DNA from: Octopus sinensis
Taxonomy: Eukaryota
DNA: 16,347 bases
Assembly: GCF_006345805.1 (NCBI RefSeq)
Contig: NW_021825197.1
Span: 1 to 16,347 of the forward strand
Direction of reading: 5' to 3'
Under the pieces are notes generated by a model that saw only the letters and a program-made list of their open reading frames with translations, searched no databases and had not been told where the DNA came from. Made by a program: the position numbers and the translations under genes. This document shows positions 8,900-16,347 of the stretch, in pieces; within the stretch, counting starts at the first letter, position 1; every line of letters starts with the position of its first letter.

Positions 8900-8980
8900 G
8901 TCCTTCTCTTTCTCTTTCTCTCAATCTCTTTCGCTGTTTCTCTCTTCATTGTATATATATATGTATATATACGTACTGGA
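8510..8980. repeat. TA/TG/ATCT compound microsatellites
   Basis: Directly visible. Confidence 0.9.
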
Positions 8981-9129
8981 GGAGTGGATTGAATTTTAAA
9001 ATGTACTGAGTGAATGGGTTTCTTTTCTATTTTCCTTCTGTGGAACATCTTATAATGAAATTATGAGGTAGACACATCCTCTGAAAGACAAATAGGCTTA
9101 ATTTGCTTGTGGTGCTGTTCATTTAATTT

Positions 9130-9575
9130 TTATGTTATATGCGTATATCTATGCTTTATATATATATATATATATATATATGCATATATATATACATAAA
9201 TATATTTGTATGTATATAAGTATGTATATATGTATACATATTATATATATTTATATATATATATATAATATATTATATAAAGATATATATATATATATGA
9301 GTGTATATGTGTGCGTATATATAGGTGCGTGTGTATGTGCGAGTTATGTAAATTGTGTACATATTTGTGTGAGTATCTCCCTCAAATTTCTGTACGTATT
9401 CTGTGAAATAACACACACACACACACACACACAAACATGATTATATACATAACTCACTATCACTCCATCTATCTATCTATATATCATATATATATATTAC
9501 ATATATCTTATATTATGTATATATATATATATATATATTATATATATGCGTGTGTGTATATATATATATATATTC

Positions 9576-9626
<51 letters not shown>

Positions 9627-9640
9627 TTGTATATTATATA

Positions 9641-9703
<63 letters not shown>

Positions 9704-9715
9704 ATAAACGTATGT
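9130..9715. repeat. TA/CA/TG compound microsatellite field
   Basis: Directly visible. Confidence 0.93.
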
Positions 9716-10029
9716 TTTTACGTAAACTTGTCAGCCAACTATAGCATAGCACATTCTGGGATTGAGATTCAAAATACTGAATAAATAAAATAAATACACC
9801 TCCTCATAAATATATGGCTTACTTCCTCCTTCACCGAATCCAAATGACTTATGTTTCTTGTATTTGTATGTGTTTTCGAACGTTAACTTAATTTAATCTA
9901 TGTATTCATACATCTTAACTTTATTTTCCCTTCCCACTCCGCTCCATTACTATCTTTCGTTGCTCAACCTTCCTGTACTTCATTTGTTTCTTGTCGAAAC
10001 GTTCGTCAATTTGCGTATACAATTTGCAT

Positions 10030-10061
10030 ATATATCCATATAAAACAAACGCGTATTCACG

Positions 10062-10101
<40 letters not shown>

Positions 10102-10256
10102 TTCATACAAGGAGAGAAATATCCTTGAAATATATATATGTGTGCGTGAATATATATATATGTGTGTGTGTGAGTGTGTGTGTGTGTATGTGCGTGCGCA
10201 TGTGTGTATATATATGACGTATTTACATGGGTGAAAATATACATGTATTGATATAC

Positions 10257-10297
<41 letters not shown>

Positions 10298-10384
10298 CAT
10301 GTATATACGTATATATGTTTCATATGTGCATTCACATACGTTACAGACATACATTTTCATACACATACATTCATACATACATAT

Positions 10385-10458
<74 letters not shown>

Positions 10459-10484
10459 GTACGAATGTATATGTATATATTTCA

Positions 10485-10565
<81 letters not shown>

Positions 10566-10567
10566 AT

Positions 10568-10603
<36 letters not shown>

Positions 10604-10705
10604 AAGATAGATAGATATGCCTGTGTATATGCATGTATATATATGTATATATGTATGTATATGTATGTATACACGCGCAAGTATATGTATAAACGTATAT
10701 ATATT
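10030..10705. repeat. TA/CA/TG microsatellite field with (TAGA)n at ~10535-10617
   Basis: Directly visible. Confidence 0.93.
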
Positions 10706-10924
10706 TCAAGTTTTGACATTTTCACGTAACTCAATAAATGTACCAGAAGCAGGAATATCTATCCAGTAATTTACGTTAATTTTTGTCAAATTGTGGCTTC
10801 TATTAACTCTAGTAACTCAATATCGAGTCCTTTATTCATTTGCTTCTACTGTAAACATTGTTGATATAGTGCCATCTATATTATTGTATTACTTTTATCT
10901 ACCTTTTTATACTTTCCTTTTCGT

Positions 10925-11071
10925 TATACATACATACATACATACATATATACATATATATATACACATGTATATGTGTACATATATGTATGTGAATATA
11001 TATGTATATATATGCATATATACACATATATACTTATATATGTACATACATATAAGTATACACACACTGCC

Positions 11072-11102
<31 letters not shown>

Positions 11103-11190
11103 TACATATACATGTATCTATATATATATACACGTATACATACACACACACATATATATTTTGATATCTTTATATACATACACACTTACG
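10925..11190. repeat. TA/TACA/GA microsatellites
   Basis: Directly visible. Confidence 0.9.
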
Positions 11191-11790
11191 CATCCACATT
11201 TGTATGCATGGATATGTAGTTCTTGAAATAAATACCTAGTTTATCATATATCTATGACTTGTCACAATAACTCGAAAATATATGCCTACACAGTAATTAT
11301 ATCGAAGTGAATTTTCATTTTGTACTCATGTGTTTTGTTTTTCTTTTCTTTTTTGCATAGAATTTCATATCTACGAAAAAGTGCCTCTGGTCATCATACC
11401 ATCATTATACATTTCTATAAGTTACACGGTTTATATCAGTTTGTGCTTACGCAAGCCCATAGGATAAAATGTCAAGAATTTTAAATATTTATTACTGAAG
11501 AGCCGATTGCTTCCCTTTGATTACGTATTTCATATTGTGTTCTGGAATGTTATCAAATATTAAACGCTTTGATATCCGGTGACCTTAATCCACCTTGCCG
11601 TTATGAATATGGTGGTTTGAGCTTAAATTTTTAGATGATCATGTTCCATAAATTAAGTTTATATAACGAAAATCTTAGACATTGCACATGTTATGCGAGA
11701 GCAAGTTCACGTATGAATCTCTTACAAGAATTACATAAGCTGAAAATTGTATAACCCATATAATTCTAGCAATTTTTAAGAAATTTTCAG

Positions 11791-11834
11791 TTCATATTCG
11801 ATCCATCGCTGATTTCCTTTACTTTCCATATATG
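11791..11834 (+). CDS. Weak candidate host exon (xHIRSIADFLYFPYM)
   Basis: Acceptor ttttcag at 11784-11790. The donor G|GTGCGA is weak. Joins the next candidate exon in phase 0. Confidence 0.2.
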
Positions 11835-11962
11835 GTGCGAGGGTGTGGGGGTATTCTTTTTCGCTGTTAATGAAGTAAAACTTTCATTTAAATTGTAGTA
11901 CTTGAATTTCTCTTCCACATTTTGACATAATATTTGTTCTCAAAATGTAGGCTTCTTTTCAG

Positions 11963-12040
11963 GGTGTTGACGGCTGGTATACAGATAATTATCTCGACAA
12001 TTCCCGCGTCAATGACACAGCAATAAATCTATATCTCCAA
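11963..12040 (+). CDS. Candidate host exon GVDGWYTDNYLDNSRVNDTAINLYLQ (TIM-barrel phosphodiesterase/hydrolase-like strand motif)
   Basis: Acceptor cttcttttcag and donor AA|GTAATT bound 78 nt in phase 0-0. The GVDGxxTD motif is present. Confidence 0.38.
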
Positions 12041-12121
12041 GTAATTTACTCATGTTTGTTAAGTCGAATTCTTGTAATTATAAATTTTCTTGTTTGTTGT
12101 ACAACTGTAACTTACTTTCAG

Positions 12122-12139
12122 TTTGGTTCTATTAAGTAA
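12122..12139 (+). CDS. Weak candidate terminal coding exon (FGSIK*)
   Basis: Acceptor ttactttcag after an 81-nt candidate intron, then an in-frame TAA. Confidence 0.22.
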   Translation, partial: FGSIK

Positions 12140-12364
12140 TTTCTAGTAACGGTCGTTGACGAGGAAATGTTAATTAAGCCTGAGAAATGTTTAACATGAT
12201 TGGACTTGGCATTTATTGAGAACGAGACTTTGAACAAGATAATTTACTGATGCTAATAGATGTCAGGGTATTAAGGACTATTTGGATCTAGTTTTATGTT
12301 CAACTACTGTTGATGCGGTGTTACAGCGAAGTTTAACTATATCAAATGTATACTAACTTCATAA

Positions 12365-12620
12365 AATAATAAATACGCCCTTTTAAAGCCTAGCCAGGCA
12401 TATGGGCCCAGTTTCCCGGTTTCAGTGACGTATGTATTCCCCAGCTGGACGAGACGCCAGTCCATCGCAGCGTTACTCATTTTTGCCAGCTGAGTGGACT
12501 GGAGCAACGTGAAATGAAGTGTTTTCTTAAGAACACAACGCGTCACCCGGTCCAGGAATCGAAACCACAATCTTAAAATCATGATGCTGACACTTTAATC
12601 ACTGAGCCACGCGTCTCCAC
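12365..12620 (-). mobile_element. tRNA-derived SINE (CORE/V-like central region)
   Basis: A box TGGCTCAGTGA (12599-12609) and B box GGTTTCGATTCC (12555-12566) on the minus strand. The body CTCCAGTCCACTCAGCTG...GCGATGGACTGGCGTCTCGTCCAG resembles V-type SINE domains from memory. TTA-type tail. Confidence 0.82.
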
Positions 12621-13296
12621 CACTAACTTCATGACAAGCTAAATATTGTTTTAGCAAAGTTAGAGTGACCGGAATTTTTTCCTTCAAAACTTTGGTAATC
12701 TTTGGTAAATAAGATTCGGATTATTATACGATTCTTATTTCATGTGAGTCGGTATATTGCTTGCGCCTATCTAAATTATAGATAATCGAATATAATAATC
12801 AGGCAAACGAAAATGTTCATTACAATGAAATATCATCGCATTTTAAAATAGAAAATTCCGTAGGCATGGCAGTCTGTTTAAAAAAGCTAGCTTTGCAACC
12901 GCTTGTTCTCGGATTCACTTCTGATCCCTATTCGGCCTTGTGCTACGACTTCAAATCGTATGTATTTTGCTTTGATACGGTTCATTTAAAGGCGTACATC
13001 TCTGTTAGATAAGACCAGTTTTGTCAGCACAGTCTGCAACTGATTACTAGCTTCAGCGCTGCCTGCAATGTTATTTGTGACTCGGATGTGTGTTAGGAGT
13101 TTTGCTATCGATGAACCCGTCATATGTGCAGTCAATGTCACTGATAACTATTTCTAGACTGTACAGTGGATCATTAATTCACTCTAACACAGCTTATGGG
13201 AACGGAAAAGATCGTAAGAAAGGTCCTCGATGTCTAAGGAAACTGGTTGTGACCCGGTTTCTAGGCCTTGATTCAAATGTAAAACATTCGCATACA

Positions 13297-13331
13297 CCAT
13301 GAATGATGACGATGATGATGATAATAATAAA

Positions 13332-13379
<48 letters not shown>

Positions 13380-13380
13380 C

Positions 13381-13415
<35 letters not shown>

Positions 13416-13490
13416 CAATAATAATAATAATAATAATAGTAATAATGATAATAATAATAATATAATAATAATAATAATAATAAAATAAAT
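13297..13490. repeat. (ATG)n/(AAT)n microsatellite
   Basis: Directly visible. Confidence 0.95.
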
Positions 13491-13950
13491 ATTTATGAAA
13501 ATTGACGTAACTCTTTACGAAGTTAAATGAACAAAAAGAGGGGCGCGCTGCGATTTCTGATAGAAATTGACTCCGTTTATCGAAATGAACGAATTGAACC
13601 ATATTTCGACTTATTGTTTGTTTCCCTCGAGTTTAAAATGTAAATCTGAAAATAAAAAAATTAAACAAACGCAGATATTCAAAATATGAATGGGAAGCGA
13701 AAACAGAAAATTGATGATGTCAATTTGTTTAAAAAGGAACGCAGGATATTCCCATTCAGAAATTTTGAATTTCGGTATTCTAGCGTTTTTTGTTTTGTTG
13801 CTGTTTTTTTTTTTTGTTTTTTTGGCTTTTTATTCATTTACATTTTGAACCCGAGAAAGAAAAGCAATCTGTCGAAAATACTTTTCACTTCGTTCTATTC
13901 AAATAAAGATTCAATCTTTACAAATCGCATCGAGCTCTTCCAAATTGTTT

Positions 13951-14001
13951 AACAACGACAACAGCAGCAACAACAACAACAACAATACTACTACTACTAC
14001 A

Positions 14002-14056
<55 letters not shown>

Positions 14057-14077
14057 ATAATAATAACTAATAATAAT

Positions 14078-14109
<32 letters not shown>

Positions 14110-14205
14110 ATTAATAATAATAATAATAATAATTAATAATAATAATAATAATAATTATGATAATAAATAATAATAATAATAATATTATTATATAATAAAT
14201 AAATA

Positions 14206-14246
<41 letters not shown>

Positions 14247-14369
14247 ATAATAATAATAATAATAATAATATAATAATAAATTTAATAATAATAATAATAA
14301 TAATAATAAATTTAATAATAATAATAATAATATAATAATAATAATAATTAATAATAATAATAATAATAA
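13951..14369. repeat. Compound (AAC)n(TAC)n(TAA)n microsatellite
   Basis: Directly visible. Confidence 0.95.
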
Positions 14370-14373
14370 CCAG

Positions 14374-14848
14374 TTACTTAAATCAATTGTAACTCTCGAG
14401 ATCTTTCAGTTGCCCTCCGAACACGGATTGTAATCTAAACAACACGGTTTGCAAATGTAATGTCATAGCAAGTCCAATGTTATTAAAATTTAACATTGGA
14501 TCACCTACAGACTTTTTTCTTTAAAAAAAAAAAAGATTCTACTCGTTTGAAATTTCATTTTTTTCCCCACACACGACGAACTCATGCAAAATCGCTTTTA
14601 AATAAATACTTGACATAAAATCGCAGCGTATTGAATATTAATTAGAAATGTCTATACTACGTACTGTGGATCTCTATAAAAGAGAAAGACGTCGCTGCCA
14701 ACTATGTTTAGATGAAGCATTTGAAATGCCAATGGCTTGCGATGACGTTCTCAATAAGAGAAAAGAGACAGTTATAAACTGTTTACATAGAAAGTCTGGT
14801 GTATTCAAATTCTATGATAAAACAAATAAGGGCAAGTCTAATGTTTAG
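14374..14848 (+). pseudogene. Degenerate GIY-YIG endonuclease remnant of a second PLE lineage
   Basis: Across frames: CNSR..SCPPNTDCNLNNTVCKCNV, NIGS, KRFYSFEISF, then SILR...CQLCLDEAFE...LNKRKE...CLH. This matches the CxC..CP..C / YIG / CxLC / LNKRxE / CxH pattern of a PLE endonuclease type. Confidence 0.7.
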
Positions 14849-14864
14849 TACGTAATTTGTGGAT

Positions 14865-15045
14865 GTATGTATAAATATACGTACACCATTATATGTGTGT
14901 ATGTGTGTATATGTGTGTATATAGCTACGTATCTATGTGTATGTATGCGTATGCTTATGTGTTTTCATGTGTGTAGATATATATGTATGCGCAAGCGCAT
15001 CAATATAGATGGGTGTTCGTCTATATATATATATATATATATACG

Positions 15046-15081
<36 letters not shown>

Positions 15082-15400
15082 TGAATATAAATGAGTGTTC
15101 GTATATATATATATATATAAATACGTATATATATACATATACATGAATATATATATTTATATATATATATATAATATATATATATATATATACGTATATA
15201 TATATATAGATGAATATAGATGAGTGTTAGTATATATATATATATATATATATATGCGTGTGTGGTTTTTGTGCGTACATGTATTATATATATATATATT
15301 TATGTGTACATGTATATATATGCGTGTATTGCGTGTTTAGACGCGTGCGCGTGCTTATGTCTGTATGTAGGCGCACCTACGTGAGCGTCTGTGTCTGTTT
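14865..15400. repeat. TA/TG/GA microsatellite field
   Basis: Directly visible. Confidence 0.92.
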
Positions 15401-15729
15401 TATACCAACTTATATCTTTCTACCTAAAAAATGTATGTGCTTATAATTAACCCTTTTGAAATATTCAATATGCCCTGTGCACACCCGTGCTGTATAAGGT
15501 CATCCCATACTCATATTTATGTATACATTCGTGCTCCATTTCATTTGCCAATCTCCTTTGCTTGCAGTCAATATGTTATCTGACGCTCAATTTTGGAACA
15601 CACTCACTTTTTATAATTCTTCCTTTCTTCTTCCTTCCTAATCTGCTCTCTTTTAACTATACAGTCTTATCTTTCTCTTTTTCCTATTTTTTGTATCTGT
15701 TTTATGCAGTAATTTATTTACATAATTAT

Positions 15730-15923
15730 TTTCATTTACTTTCATGTTGTTTAAACATTATTATTTTTTGTTTGTTTCTTTTATGGTTGTCCAACTTAGT
15801 TTTTCCATCCTCCTATCATTTCTCTTACTATGACATTACACTTGCAAACCGTATTGTTTAGATTACATTTTTCGATCGAAGGGCAACTGAAAAGACCTCA
15901 AGAGTTACAATTCATTTAGTTAA
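15730..15923 (-). pseudogene. Second, opposed remnant of the same endonuclease type
   Basis: 15824-15923 is ~84% identical to 14374-14472 in reverse complement. One frame reads NCNS*GLFSCPSIEKCNLNNTVCKCNVIV...KN*VGQP*RN. The downstream extent is uncertain. Confidence 0.62.
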
Positions 15924-16347
15924 AGGAAGAAAGTTGTTTCTTTTTTAACTACATTCCTACCTTTTCTTATCTTTCCTTCTGTATACCCTCTTTTTTCTTC
16001 ACACCCCTCTTTTCCCCCTCTCTTCTGCTCTCTCATTATTCTCTATTTAGTATTTTCTTTTTCGGATCTTTTCTACTCGGTTGCTACTTTTCAATTTCTT
16101 CAATTTCTGTTGCTATTGAATTTATATTTGGTGTAATGATGTAGTTTTCTATGCTAATCATTTGACATCGAATTTATATTTACCATAAGTCAATAAGTAA
16201 AGAGTTAATAGCTTTCAAATTTTGTAAATTTGGAGTAATTTTAGCCAAACGTATGCCACGGATATATGCCTGTTTCCATAGTAACAAGCCAGGTATGATA
16301 ACTCTTTTCTCTGGTAGAAAGCACGTGACAAATATATTTTATTCATT

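Noticed and set aside
8600-11190. Numerous Y/I/C/V/H/T-rich ORFs
   Set aside because: Translations of TA/TG/CA microsatellites.
68-12620. Pol III A/B boxes as possible tRNA genes
   Set aside because: No cloverleaf; all are SINE heads followed by SINE bodies.
12860-13290. Minus-strand VSLDIEDL and KLVLSN resembling RT motif A and pre-B'
   Set aside because: Too degenerate; no QxxG or YxDD found in register.
13194-13602. Poly-N/I/L ORFs
   Set aside because: Translations of (AAT)n.
15446-15460. TTAACCCTTT resembling a piggyBac/MITE terminus
   Set aside because: No matching inverted terminus ending in TTAA in the window.

Overview
AT-rich, microsatellite-dense animal genomic DNA. The SINE and microsatellite repertoire looks like octopus or another coleoid cephalopod, judged from recalled repeat families and not verified. 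The main feature is a very young Penelope-like retroelement (PLE) at ~4235-8181. It has a 5'-truncated minus-strand RT + C-terminal GIY-YIG ORF (7138->4928) broken only by six 1-nt indels. The ORF is flanked by two nearly identical 1.04-kb inverted arms (4289-5330 and 7139-8181), and each arm carries the endonuclease, the 3' UTR and a variant hammerhead ribozyme motif. The window also holds older PLE remnants (a second endonuclease type in two opposed copies at ~14.4 and ~15.9 kb, plus hammerhead-like motifs at ~1.5, ~1.8 and ~3.1 kb), several tRNA-derived SINEs and a possible Helitron-like fragment. Weak candidate host exons at 11.8-12.1 kb encode a GVDGxxTD motif. Most ORFs in the supplied track are microsatellite artefacts.
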